DNA of 64,000 nucleotides, taken from contig OY760074.1 of the NCBI GenBank assembly GCA_963663035.1, positions 32,001 through 96,000 on the forward strand. The letters are read 5' to 3'. Below are positions 52,526 to 62,831 of the stretch, piece by piece. Made by a program: the position numbers and the translations under genes. Numbering within the stretch: the first letter of the stretch is position 1; each line of letters starts with the position of its first letter. The notes under the pieces were generated by a model. It was not told the origin of the DNA. It did no database searches and saw nothing but the letters and a program-made list of their open reading frames with translations. The DNA comes from Acidobacteriota bacterium. Lineage in GTDB: Bacteria; Acidobacteriota; UBA6911; RPQK01; JADFOI01.

Positions 52526-54531
52526 ATGTTGGATTATTTAAAGGGCTTGAACTTCGTGACGGCTAGCCTGGCAACAGCGATCCTGCTTGTTTCCGTGGGC
52601 ACTGTCCAGCCGCAGGATCTGCAGGATCTGCAGGAGCTGGTCAAAAGACAAGGCTATGCCGACGCCATCTTTGTCAACGGCAAGATCGTGAGCATGGACG
52701 ACACGTCCATCTCCTCTGAGCCCGGAAGCGTTTACCAGGCCCTTGCGGTCAAGGGTGACTCCATCATGAAGCTGGGCACCAACGCGGAGGTCAGGTCCCT
52801 GGCCACTGACTTCACCATCGTCTACGACTTGAACGGTCGAACCATAATCCCGGGTATCGTTGAAACTCACTCGCACATCTACGGTGGGGTGCTCAGGTAC
52901 CTGGATCGCTTCGGTATCGAGTATCCTCCCAATGAGGTCATCATCACTCCCCAGGCGGCGAACAACCTGGAGGAAACGCAGGGGGTACTGAGAGACTCCA
53001 TCCAGGAGGCGGTGAAGACCATGGCCCCGGGGGTGTGGTTGAGGGTCAACATGCGCCCCCACCCCGATGATCGTCTGCAGCTGGATGTGTGGGGGGACAC
53101 TCGGCGACTGACCACCCGGAGAACGATCGACCAGTGGGCTCCCAACAATCCGGTCGTGGTGCGTCCGGGAAACCGGGGTACCATCAACTCCGCAGCTCTC
53201 GATGTCCTGAACGAGTTCCTGCCCGGCTATTCGGACTCCATTCGAGATTCCATGCACATGGATGAGATCGGAGTGGACCCCGCCGAGATCGGCTGGGTGG
53301 GTAGTGTGGAGATGGGCGTCATCGGGTGGGAACTCCAAGCGGAACAAGTACCTCTCAATATCCTGGCTCAGACCCTGAAGCTTCGATCCGAGGCCTTTGC
53401 CGCCTCTCGCGCCGTCACCACTTTTTCCAGCCGCATTGAGAGTTTCCCAAAATTATGAGCGGGTACGCCGCTCTGGCCGAGCTGGGCCAGATGCCCATCC
53501 GTTTCTCCGTTCACTACGAGGTTCACCGAAGGCCCTCCAATCCCATCGAGACCCGCCAGCTCTACCGCAAGACCGGGGTGCTCCAGGGCATCGGGGACGA
53601 CTATTTGTGGTTCGACGGCGTGGGTTCCGAGCGCTGGGATTCGCATATCCCGGAAGCCTGTCTGGGGGATGACATCAAGGCGCCGTCCCACATCAAGGTG
53701 CGGGAGACCTGCCCCAAGTTGGGTGATCTCCACTGGGATACCCTGAAAAACGCTCTCAGGGCCGGTTGGCGGCTCAAGGGCGTCCATTCCGTAGGCGTCG
53801 AAAGCACGCGACGCTTCACCCAGATGATCGACGAAGCTATAGAGGGCACTGACATTACGATGACGGATATCCGAAACGGTATGTTCACGATCGAACACTG
53901 TGATCAGATCGGCAAGGGATCGGACATCCTCGAATTGATCAAGGAATACAACATCATGATCAGCTGCGACCCCAATTACATGTCGACCTTCGAAGCCCTG
54001 GTCCGGGATTACGGGGAGTACAACGAACCCGAGCATCTTCGGAAGTTCATGCTGCCTTTCAAGACGTGGATCGAGTCGGGTCTCAACGTGGTGGGCCAGA
54101 ACACCGGTGGACCTGCTCCCTTCCATTCGGAATGGCTGATGATGACAAGAGCGTATCGAGGGTACATCTGGGCTCCTGAGGAAAGCATCGATCGCGTTCG
54201 GGCACTCAAGTTGTACACTTCATGGGCGGGCCGCTACGTGACGAAGGCCGACCAACTGGGAACCCTGGAGGAAGGGAAGTGGGCGGATCTGGTGATTTTG
54301 AACAACGACTACTTCACCGTCCCGGTAAACGATATTCTCAAGATCCAGTCCCTTATGACCATGGTGGGAGGTCGGGTGATCTCCCTCAACGATCGCCTGG
54401 CCGAAGAGTGGAACATTCCACCAGTGGGCGAGCAATTCAACATCAACATGGAACGGGTGGAGGCTACCATCGCAGCGGCGGAGCAGGCCGTGCCCTGGGT
54501 CAGCGGGCCTGTTGGTGGGGGAGGAAATTAA
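52526..54531 (+). pseudogene. Amidohydrolase family 3 (YtcJ-like), split by a frameshift
   Basis: DLNGRTIIPGIVETHSH in the 5' ORF; TIEHC and GTLEEGKWADLVIL in the 3' ORF; removing 2 bp from gagag (53438-53442) gives a continuous IEFPKIMSGY. Confidence 0.8.
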
Positions 54532-54572
54532 GCCAATCCCGGAAATACAGAGTCGAAGTCCCCGTTGGCGTG

Positions 54573-54606
54573 GACATTCTGTGGCGGATGAATCTTGGAA
54601 CCGTGA
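54573..54606 (+). repeat. Degenerate kinase/TPR tail repeat R5
   Basis: gacattctgtggcggatgaatcttggaaccgtga (DILWRMNL...EP*). Confidence 0.6.
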
Positions 54607-54630
54607 GACCAAAGGCCTTGAACTGTAATT

Positions 54631-55782
54631 TCACACAGATGTAAGGAATCTATTGCGTGAAGGGTCGGCGGGTTTGCGAAGCGAACTGACTAGATGGAGA
54701 AGGAAAAAGACGATACTCATTGCGTTCAGTAGGCCGCCCCATTCTTGCCCTTGTAGCCAACCTCCCGAAATGCTTTCTCCCAAGTGTCGCTCAGCCCACC
54801 AACCTCCTATGTCGCATCCTACTCGCAGAAGCAGGGAGAGGTGAAAAAGTATAAACGGCAAATACACCGTCTGATGGAGGGCCATGGGGCGTTGTCATAA
54901 TACTGGAAACACTATCGGTGCATGTCCGAAGATCATAGCGAACGCAAAGCCCAAAAAAGCAGTGTGTAGAACAGCATCATAGCGAGGTCCGGTTGCGACT
55001 CCGCCAGAAAGAACCCATAGAAGTCCACTTATCCCAAGCCAGACAAAACCCACGAGTAGACAAACAGAAGTGAAGCGACTCTTGCCGTGCTGACGAATCC
55101 CGTGGCGTGCTAAGTCGTGGCGTAAGAGCCAAAGAGAGACAATGACCATACCAACTCCAATCAGATGGAACCCCGCCTCCATGTGGAGTGTAGACAGAAT
55201 CAGTCCTAAGATTAGGCATCCAAGTCCTGCCCAGAAGCTCCAACGTCTGGCCCCCGGAGGGAAAGTAAATCGGCTCAGTTCCAATCGCTCGCCTAAAACA
55301 GTGAGAACAACAAAGCCCAACCACAACGCAACGAGACAATGGATAGGCCATCCCAAAAGCCATAGGCTGTTTCCAGCGAGCCAGGCTAAAGCTCCTAATC
55401 CAATGAGGACCACGGGCCAATTCCGTTGAAGACGAAGGACCATCAAGGATGTGATTACCAGCCCAACACTCCCCAAGGTCATTAATAGGGGACCCGCTCG
55501 ATCTGGTATGCCCGCTACAAAGCTCACTGTCCCAATCCCTGTCAGAAGTGGTCCTACAAATGCCCAACCCCAACCCAGCGCTATAGCTCGCTCAAGACTG
55601 ATGAGTATCCCCAGGAAGCCTGAAATCATTAGAGGGCCATGCTGAAGAGGTAATGCTGAAGTCACAGGAAGCTCCCAGCCAATTCGTGCTAGTCCTCCCC
55701 AAAGAGCCAACACTAAGGTGAGAACGCCCACCGCAAGCACAGGAAACCGGAGGAGGGTTCGTATTTGAAGCTTTTCCTTCAT
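54631..55782 (-). pseudogene. NnrS-like multi-TM protein with in-frame TGA
   Basis: HGPLMISGFLGILISLERA, ERLELSR, YDAVLH, IFGHAP; frame continues PVL*QRPMALH past TGA at 54895-54897. Confidence 0.75.
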
Positions 55783-55858
55783 GAAACGAGGGCCCACATC
55801 CCAACTATACACACTAAAGCCGCACAAGCTTCCCTCAACCTGCTTCTATGAGAAGGCC

Positions 55859-56172
55859 CTTTCTTGTCAAGACCGACTTGGCGGTCAAAAGTCCGGGACC
55901 GGGTGATTAAGCCAGCTGATGGGAGTTCGCTTAATCGATCCAGTGATGCTGATTTTGTTTGCCTTGCTTCCATCCGCACTCTTTTTCAGCCCTTGATTTG
56001 GACTGGGTGCATGTAAGGGTTCGTCAAACTGGGCGCTGCAATCTGCGGCTCGTTCTCTTCCGAAGGAAGGAACAGCAGGTCGTTCGCAGTCACCCGAACT
56101 GGGCATTTGGATCATTGAGGTTAACTCCATGGGCGGGTCACGTTCACCGGAATCCCTTCTGGGTTCAATCTC
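55859..56172 (-). ncRNA. Putative bridge/seek RNA, copy 2
   Basis: Same sequence as 34447-34760. Confidence 0.78.
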
Positions 56173-57261
56173 TTAGGCAGCCCCTTCCAGGTACTCTTGA
56201 TTGTTGTACAGCGGTTCATAGGTCTCTCCTGTGACCCACAGATGGTGCAGCAGGACCGAGAGTTTACGAGCCACCGCCACCACGGCTCGCTTCTTGGCGC
56301 TTTTTCCTCCTCTGGAAGCAATCCTCTCCCCATAGCGTCGCAAGTCACAATCCGAGCCAAAAGGTCCCAGGATGTACTGGGAACTACCGACCAGTAGTTT
56401 GCGAACGAATCGGTCGCCGGCTTTGGTAATCCTCAACTGAGGATCCCGATTCCCGGATTGGTCTTGTCTGGGAGTGAGCCCCAGATACGCTCCCACCTGG
56501 CGACTTCTTCCAAACCGATGGGCATCCTCGAGGGTCAAAACAAAGGCCAGAGCTGTGATCGGTCCTACTCCTCGAACTTGCTGAAGGTTCTCGGTGTCCG
56601 GATACTTCTGCTGGCACAGTTGCTGAATCTGCCGATCGTATTGGCGGATCTGTGCGGTGAGCTGTTGGATCATCTCCAGCAGGGGCTCCAAAGCCATCTT
56701 CAGGCAACCCGGAATGTGGAGTTTGACCCGATGGGGAAAAGCCTCTGTGGAACAACTGGGCAGACGCTCCCCGAAGGCTTTCACAGATCCTCGGATAGGA
56801 TTGACCAGCCGGGTTCGGGCTCTCACCAGCTCATCTCTAGCTTTAACCACCGCCAGGTCCGCTTGAGCGGCTTCGCCCCGATGCTGAATCGGATACAACA
56901 GCTCGGGATCCACTCTTCCTAAACGTCCCAGAAGCTCTCCATCCTTGCGGTCCGATTTCTTTCGGTTCTGGCTGATGAGTCGAACCTGTCGGGGATTGGC
57001 CACGATTTCTTCGTGTCCTTGCTCCTTGGCTATCGCTTGCACCCACCGAGAGTGGGTTCCCGTTTCCAACACCACCCGCATTTTTGGCTGAGACTTGAAG
57101 AACCTTTCCATGGCTCGTCGTTGAGTCTTCACCCTACCTTCTTCCACTTTCTGTCCTGACTTGTCGATGATGCAGTAGTAGGAAAATTTGTCTCCCAGGT
57201 CCAAACCCATCGTCAGTTCCGGAATCTGTGTGATCTCTTTGATAGAATCTTTCATGGCCAA
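56173..57261 (-). CDS. IS110-family transposase/recombinase
   Basis: Translation identical to 34761-35849. Confidence 0.96.
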   Translation of the reverse strand: MAMKDSIKEITQIPELTMGLDLGDKFSYYCIIDKSGQKVEEGRVKTQRRAMERFFKSQPKMRVVLETGTHSRWVQAIAKEQGHEEIVANPRQVRLISQNRKKSDRKDGELLGRLGRVDPELLYPIQHRGEAAQADLAVVKARDELVRARTRLVNPIRGSVKAFGERLPSCSTEAFPHRVKLHIPGCLKMALEPLLEMIQQLTAQIRQYDRQIQQLCQQKYPDTENLQQVRGVGPITALAFVLTLEDAHRFGRSRQVGAYLGLTPRQDQSGNRDPQLRITKAGDRFVRKLLVGSSQYILGPFGSDCDLRRYGERIASRGGKSAKKRAVVAVARKLSVLLHHLWVTGETYEPLYNNQEYLEGAA

Positions 57262-57483
57262 GCTCCTTTGCTAAAGAGTTAATATTTTGCAGCCCAAGCT
57301 TTGGGACTGCGTTCCTCTTACTGCAGCTCATTTTAGAGACTGCCTCTGAGGAGTTTGGCCTTCTCATCCTTATCTGCTGCGGAGGTGGTTTAGGTATTGG
57401 TGTGTTCTAAGCGTAATTCCATTCTTAACCTGACAGAGGTGTCCGATAGCATTTCTCACCGAATCGTGCAGGGAGATTCTGAG

Positions 57484-58572
57484 ATGAGAAAGACCGATGC
57501 ACTGACGGGAGAGTTGCGGAGTATTTGGAACAGGAAGCTCTATCTTTGGTGGCGGAATTATAACGAGGAATATCTACTCGGAGCGCCCAAGTTGCCCCTG
57601 ATTCGAGTAGGAGATGGAAAGCACCTGCTCGGGTACTGGGATGGTGCAAGGCGGACGCTCACCATTTCCGAGGCCCATATCATACAGGATCCCTGGCTTT
57701 CAGTGATGGACACTTTGTGCCATGAGATGGCCCACCAGTATGTGGAGGAAATCCTAGAAGTGGTGGATGAAAGCCCCCACGGACCGGCCTTTAAACAGGC
57801 GTGTAAGCGACTGCGGTGTATCCCTCGGGCAAAGATCAGAGGGGACGAGTTGAGGAGTACTCAGGGGGGTGTAGCGAGAGACGAGAAGATCTTACGACGG
57901 CTGCAGAAGATACTCTCACTTTCCACCAGCCCCAATGAGCACGAGGCTCAAGTTGCTGTTCAGAAGGCGCGGTATTTGCTGCTCAAGTACAGTATCGATC
58001 TTAAGGAGTTAGACGAGGAGCGCCAGTTTGATAAGCGTAGTCTCGAAAAAGTCAAGGGAAGGCGGATGCCCTACGAGCTCTGGTTGGGGTCGATTTTGAA
58101 CGAGTTTTTCTTTGTGGAGGTGCTCTGGGTACAGAGTTATGACGCTTTGCGGGATCGGAAGGGATCGGTACTACAGATATTTGGGACGTCTGCCAACCTG
58201 GACATGGCCGAATACGCCTACCACTACCTCCAGCAGCTACTCGGGTGTTTGTGGGGCAAGTACAAAGCAGCCATCGGGATACGCGCCAATAGGGAGCGGC
58301 AGCGATATTTCGCGGGTGTGTTGGAGGGGTTTTACCAGAAGCTTGATGAGCAGGAGAGCACACTCCAGGAGTCGTATGCACTGGTGTGGAAGGGGGATCC
58401 CAAGTTGCAGGCGTTTTACCGGTATCTGAATCCCAGTGTGCGGACTCGATACTGGGGTGGGGTTTGCCAAACGCAGGTCTATCGCGACGGGCTCAGGGAG
58501 GGAAGACGGGTGACTATCCATCAACCGATTGCCGAGCCCACAACCAACTTCGGGGTTTATCTGACGGAGTGA
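57484..58572 (+). CDS. SprT-like metalloprotease with DUF2786 domain
   Basis: TLCHEMAHQ, HGPAFKQAC, KILSLSTSPNEHEA. Confidence 0.85.
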   Translation: MRKTDALTGELRSIWNRKLYLWWRNYNEEYLLGAPKLPLIRVGDGKHLLGYWDGARRTLTISEAHIIQDPWLSVMDTLCHEMAHQYVEEILEVVDESPHGPAFKQACKRLRCIPRAKIRGDELRSTQGGVARDEKILRRLQKILSLSTSPNEHEAQVAVQKARYLLLKYSIDLKELDEERQFDKRSLEKVKGRRMPYELWLGSILNEFFFVEVLWVQSYDALRDRKGSVLQIFGTSANLDMAEYAYHYLQQLLGCLWGKYKAAIGIRANRERQRYFAGVLEGFYQKLDEQESTLQESYALVWKGDPKLQAFYRYLNPSVRTRYWGGVCQTQVYRDGLREGRRVTIHQPIAEPTTNFGVYLTE

Positions 58573-58702
58573 GAAAAGTCCCCTTCGTGGCATTGCCTCT
58601 GAGTCAATACCCTAACTGATCAATTCAAGAGGGCTGCCTGAAGTCCGTGCGCGTACAGGGGCCTCGTGGGGGCAGGTCAGTTGGGAGCGTCAGGAGTATC
58701 AC

Positions 58703-59965
58703 ATGATCAGGACAATAAAAAAGAAGAATCTGCTGTCGATCATCGGCCCGGGAATCCTGGTCGCTGCCACAGGAATCGGGGCAGGTGATCTGGCCACAGC
58801 CGCCTTTTCTGGGACAAACTTAGGCGTAGCGATTCTGTGGGCAGTAGTTTTGGGAGCATTTTTTAAATTTGTGCTGAATGAAGGACTGACCCGTTGGCAA
58901 TTGGCGACCGGGGACACCTTACTTGAAGGAGCCATGAGCCACCTGGGGCGTCCAGCCCAATACAGTTTTCTAGCCTATTTTCTGGTCTGGAGCTTTATGG
59001 TCGCGGCAGCGCTGATGAGTGCCTGTGGTGTTGCTGTCCAGGCGATATTTCCCATCCACCCTGATCCATCGACCGGGAAGATCATCTACGGGATTGCTCT
59101 GAGTTTATTGGGTCTGGTATTGGTTCGTTTGGGCGGGTATCGGTTGTTTGAAAAAGTAATGAGTGTCTGTATTGCTGTCATGTTTGTCACCGTTGTCGTC
59201 ACTGCTGTTCTCTTGATGGAGAGTTGGGGAGAAGTCTTGGCCGGGCTCCTGTTGCCAACCATTCCGCAATTTCATGGGGAGGGATTGACCTGGACAATCG
59301 CGCTCATGGGCGGTGTAGGCGGCACGGTAACGGTCCTGTGTTACGGGTACTGGATTCGCGAGGAAGGACGATGCAGCATGGATGATTTACGAGATTGTCG
59401 TATTGATCTGGCGGTCGCCTATGGAATGACAGCTCTGTTCGGTTTGGCGATGGTTGTGATCGGCAGCACGATTCAGGTTGAAGGTGGAGGAGCGACCCTG
59501 GTAATCCAACTGGCTGAGAGGTTGGTGGAAGAACTGGGACTGATTGGCAAGTGGGCGTTCTTGCTGGGAGCGTGGGGTGCCGTCTTCAGCAGCCTGCTGG
59601 GGGTGTGGCAGAGTGCTCCTTACCTCTTTGCGGATCTCTGGGACATGATGGGGGGTGGTCAACCATCGGGAGAACGCTCCATTGACACACAGACAACCGC
59701 TTATCGTTGGTATCTATACGGCATTGCGACAGTTCCGATGATTGGATTGTGGATTGGATTCGCCAACATGCAGAAGTTTTACGCTGTTGTGGGAGCCCTC
59801 TTCATTCCCATGTTGGCGTTGGTGCTCTTGCTGCTGAATGGCCGAGCGAAGTGGGTCGGCGAAGCGAACCGAAATCGTCCGCTCACGTCGGCCATTCTAA
59901 TGGTTATCGTGCTTTTCTTCCTGATGGCAGGCTGGCTGACGATTCGTAACGCACTCGGGTCGTAA
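58703..59965 (+). CDS. Nramp-family divalent metal transporter
   Basis: IGPGILVAATGIGAGDL, LNEGLTRWQLATG; many TM segments. Confidence 0.88.
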   Translation: MIRTIKKKNLLSIIGPGILVAATGIGAGDLATAAFSGTNLGVAILWAVVLGAFFKFVLNEGLTRWQLATGDTLLEGAMSHLGRPAQYSFLAYFLVWSFMVAAALMSACGVAVQAIFPIHPDPSTGKIIYGIALSLLGLVLVRLGGYRLFEKVMSVCIAVMFVTVVVTAVLLMESWGEVLAGLLLPTIPQFHGEGLTWTIALMGGVGGTVTVLCYGYWIREEGRCSMDDLRDCRIDLAVAYGMTALFGLAMVVIGSTIQVEGGGATLVIQLAERLVEELGLIGKWAFLLGAWGAVFSSLLGVWQSAPYLFADLWDMMGGGQPSGERSIDTQTTAYRWYLYGIATVPMIGLWIGFANMQKFYAVVGALFIPMLALVLLLLNGRAKWVGEANRNRPLTSAILMVIVLFFLMAGWLTIRNALGS

Positions 59966-60022
59966 GGCAAATCTCAATATCCTGTAGCCTACCCGGGAAT
60001 TCCTAAGCCACCGTCCCCAATT

Positions 60023-60277
60023 CACCCCAACATTGCCTCCATCTATGGCTTTGAGAAATCCAGTGGCGTGCACGCCTTGGTTATGGAGTTGGTTGAAGGA
60101 CCAACCTCCCACTACAAGATCACAGAGAAGCTGGGCGGCGGTGGGATGGGTGTGGTGTACAAGCCTGAGGAGACCCGCCTGGGTGGTAATGTGGCCCTGA
60201 AGTTCCTGCCTGAGAAGTTGGTCCAGAATCGCCAGGCACCGGAGCGATTCCAGCGGGAGGCCAGAGCAGCATCGGCA
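60023..60277 (+). pseudogene. Chimeric kinase fragments
   Basis: [28 protein letters not shown] fused in frame to [19 protein letters not shown]...[10 protein letters not shown]. Confidence 0.85.
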
Positions 60278-60531
60278 CCAACAAATTGCAGCTACTTCTC
60301 GTCCTGGTCCTGTTTTGGCCCGTCCAGTTGCACACCAGCTTCAGGCGCATTCCCGGATAGGGCACACTGCGCTAGATATCCGTAATCAGTACACCAGAAT
60401 TCAAGCACGCCTGGCTTCACCCTTGGTCCGGCTATATTTTTATGACCGCAATCGGAAACGATCTGGGCCCATTATTGCTCTTCCTTTTTCTCTCGCATCA
60501 TCCTTCCTCTTGACTCACATTCCGCGCCATC

Positions 60532-61257
60532 TCACCGCGCTTCGGCAGCGAAACAATAGAACAGACCATTACCGCCGGTCGATATCAGGTTTTCCTGCGA
60601 ACAGCCTCGGCTTGGGTGCACCGAGTTCCATGAAATGCTTGTGCTGCTTGAGTTGCGGTCGAAGTGTCCCACCTGTGCGCTGCCGTCCGGCTGGCTGCTC
60701 GTCCAATTACTGCAGGTGTGATCGAGTCTGTCGGTGTAGGCCCGTCCATCGGTCTGTGACCCGGTCAGGACATCGTGATAGTTGGGTCTCTCGCCTTCGC
60801 CCGGCAGCAATTCACCTTTCTCGGAGAGAGCGGACGACTTGCTGATCAGGTTTCCCTTGCGTGCCAACTCCACCGTGTCGCCGTGCAAGTCGGCGAGATT
60901 CGCGGCGATTCGAGATCCTTTGGTACTGAACCATGGCCCGTTGCCGATGCGGTCGCGCGCATTGATGGCCGGTGTTCCATTGGCGGCCTGCGTGCTCAGA
61001 TAGGCGCGCCACGTATGCGCACCCATGCCTGCGGCTGTGGCAAGGTCTTGGCAATGCTGGTCAGCGCCGTCCAGTCCGCCGAGATCCGCACCCTTGCCGA
61101 GTCCGACGCTGGTGAGGAAAAAGGTTGGCGTTCCCCTCGGTGCCGTGACGATCGGCGGAACTTCGGGGGATGGCTGAGTCTGGGCGAGCGCCGGAAGGCT
61201 GCTCAGAAAAATGCAAATAGCGACAGACAGGGCGGTTTTCATAGTTGCGTTCCTCAT
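60532..61257 (-). CDS. Secreted lectin/endostatin (collagenase NC10)-like protein
   Basis: FFLTSVG...GADLGGLDGADQHCQDLA, WRAYLS, ARDRIGNGPW, HDVLTGS, GLFYCFAA. Confidence 0.85.
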   Translation of the reverse strand: MRNATMKTALSVAICIFLSSLPALAQTQPSPEVPPIVTAPRGTPTFFLTSVGLGKGADLGGLDGADQHCQDLATAAGMGAHTWRAYLSTQAANGTPAINARDRIGNGPWFSTKGSRIAANLADLHGDTVELARKGNLISKSSALSEKGELLPGEGERPNYHDVLTGSQTDGRAYTDRLDHTCSNWTSSQPDGSAQVGHFDRNSSSTSISWNSVHPSRGCSQENLISTGGNGLFYCFAAEAR

Positions 61258-61278
61258 ATTGCCATCTCGTGGCCGAGA

Positions 61279-61317
61279 TGTGCCCGCGGCGAACTCACTC
61301 CAACTCACTCCAGCCAA
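61279..61317 (+). repeat. Orphan arm-type repeat
   Basis: tgtgcccgcg-gcg-aactcactccaactcactccagccaa, similar to 37960-37998. Confidence 0.85.
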
Positions 61318-61329
61318 TCTGCAGTCAGT

Positions 61330-62556
61330 CTAGTCCTGGATTTTCACCAAGCCCACGCGGTTGGAGCTGGTCTGGTGAATCAGCAAATTGCCATCCTTGG
61401 TCACCCAGAAATTCCGGACGATGCCGACGCCGGAGGGAATGACCCAGCTCTGGAACTGTTCCGTCTTCGGGTCGAAGCGCACGAGTGCGTCTGGCCTCAT
61501 GCCCGACTCGTTGTACCAGATCACGTCATCCACGACGGCGAAGGCATAGGGATGAGCATCTGGCCCACTGGGTGAAGGCCACTCCCGGATCTCACCCGTC
61601 TCCGGGTTGAGCCTTCCGATGCGGCCTTGAGTGGAGTTCCCGTACCAGACCATGCCGTCGCTGGTGAGCCCAAGCCGGCGAATGCGTGATTCTTCGTTCG
61701 GCACTTCGTAGTAGCGGACGTTCATTGTTTTGGAATCCAGGGCCCCGATCTTGTTGGTGCCGTTGTAGGCGACCCAGATCGTACCGTCGGGGGCCACCTG
61801 GATGCCGTACGGCCTCGGCTCCGTCTGAACCTCAGTGAGTTCACCGGTCCTGGGGCTCAGGCGCCCGAGCATACCGGCCTGCTGGGCGGTAAAGTAGAGA
61901 TTGCCGTTTGGATGGAAGACCGCCGAGTGAGGGTCGCGGGCATCGGTCGGGTATTCGGTGATGATGCCAGTCCTGGGATCAAGCTTGCCAATAGTGGAAT
62001 TGCCGTTTCCGGTGTACCAAATGTTTCCGTTCGTGTCGGGAATCATGCTGTGGGGCCGCGCGGTGGGCGGCAGGTGAAATTCCTCCATCTGGCCCGTCTC
62101 GGGATCGAGCCGTCCTGCGAGACTGGCCCACATCCCCGTCCACCAGATCGAGCCGTCCGGTGCCTCGATCGGGTCGCGCGATCGCTGGCCGAGGGTTGGG
62201 ACCAGCCACTCAGTGATCTCGATTGCTTTGTCACCCGGAACCAGAGTGGGACGCCGCCCCGGCCGCTCGGGGAAATGCTCGGTCAGGTAGGTGGAAATGG
62301 TGTTGGCCTGGGCATCCGCTAGCGACATCATCGTGTCTATCAGCGCACGCCAGCCGGGCCGGTCGTAACCCGGCGAGCGAACGATCTGGTTGAGACCGTG
62401 GCACTGGGTGCACAGGTTCTGGACCAAGTGCTGGCCCGCTCCCGCCGGCAACTGGATCTCCTGGCCACCTTGCCTTCGCTGTGCTTTGGCCGGCGCAGCT
62501 ACAGCCAGACACACTAGCCCGGTGACGGTCAGGATAGAAAGCGCTCTGCTTTGCAT
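61330..62556 (-). CDS. Cytochrome c / Vgb (virginiamycin B lyase-like) beta-propeller protein
   Basis: CTQCH near the N-terminus; repeats DGSIWWT, NGNIWYT, DGTIWVA, IGRLNP. Confidence 0.85.
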   Translation of the reverse strand: MQSRALSILTVTGLVCLAVAAPAKAQRRQGGQEIQLPAGAGQHLVQNLCTQCHGLNQIVRSPGYDRPGWRALIDTMMSLADAQANTISTYLTEHFPERPGRRPTLVPGDKAIEITEWLVPTLGQRSRDPIEAPDGSIWWTGMWASLAGRLDPETGQMEEFHLPPTARPHSMIPDTNGNIWYTGNGNSTIGKLDPRTGIITEYPTDARDPHSAVFHPNGNLYFTAQQAGMLGRLSPRTGELTEVQTEPRPYGIQVAPDGTIWVAYNGTNKIGALDSKTMNVRYYEVPNEESRIRRLGLTSDGMVWYGNSTQGRIGRLNPETGEIREWPSPSGPDAHPYAFAVVDDVIWYNESGMRPDALVRFDPKTEQFQSWVIPSGVGIVRNFWVTKDGNLLIHQTSSNRVGLVKIQD

Positions 62557-62831
62557 AGGTTATTCAAGCGTTGAATGCTTTGCGTTGGGTGCGCATGCTT
62601 GTGTCTTTGCGGCTATTCCCCAGAACACACACGAAACAACGGGCACCAGCAGTACAGGCCGATAGACCTGGAATTACCGACTCGGATTTCGTGACGAACA
62701 GAGTACTCCCCATCCCGCCTTGGGAGCAAGAAGAATTCTCCTGTGTGATATAGATCGCTATTTTCATTGCTTTCAGGACACCTCAAGACTTAGCATTGGA
62801 GGGCAACTGCATTGCAGTGAGGGGGAGTTTC

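Larger units (their letters stand above)
55845..57375 (-). mobile_element. IS110 family, IS1111-type element, copy 2 (1531 bp)
   Basis: Near-identical to 34433-35963; flanks caacctg-CT...CT-gctgcgga. Confidence 0.93.

Noticed and set aside
34404-54606. DPRF...MNLEP repeats as a CRISPR array or integron attC sites
   Set aside because: Spacing is irregular (hundreds to thousands of bp), variation falls largely at codon-degenerate positions, there is no RYYYAAC/GTTRRRY palindrome, and no cas or intI gene is present.
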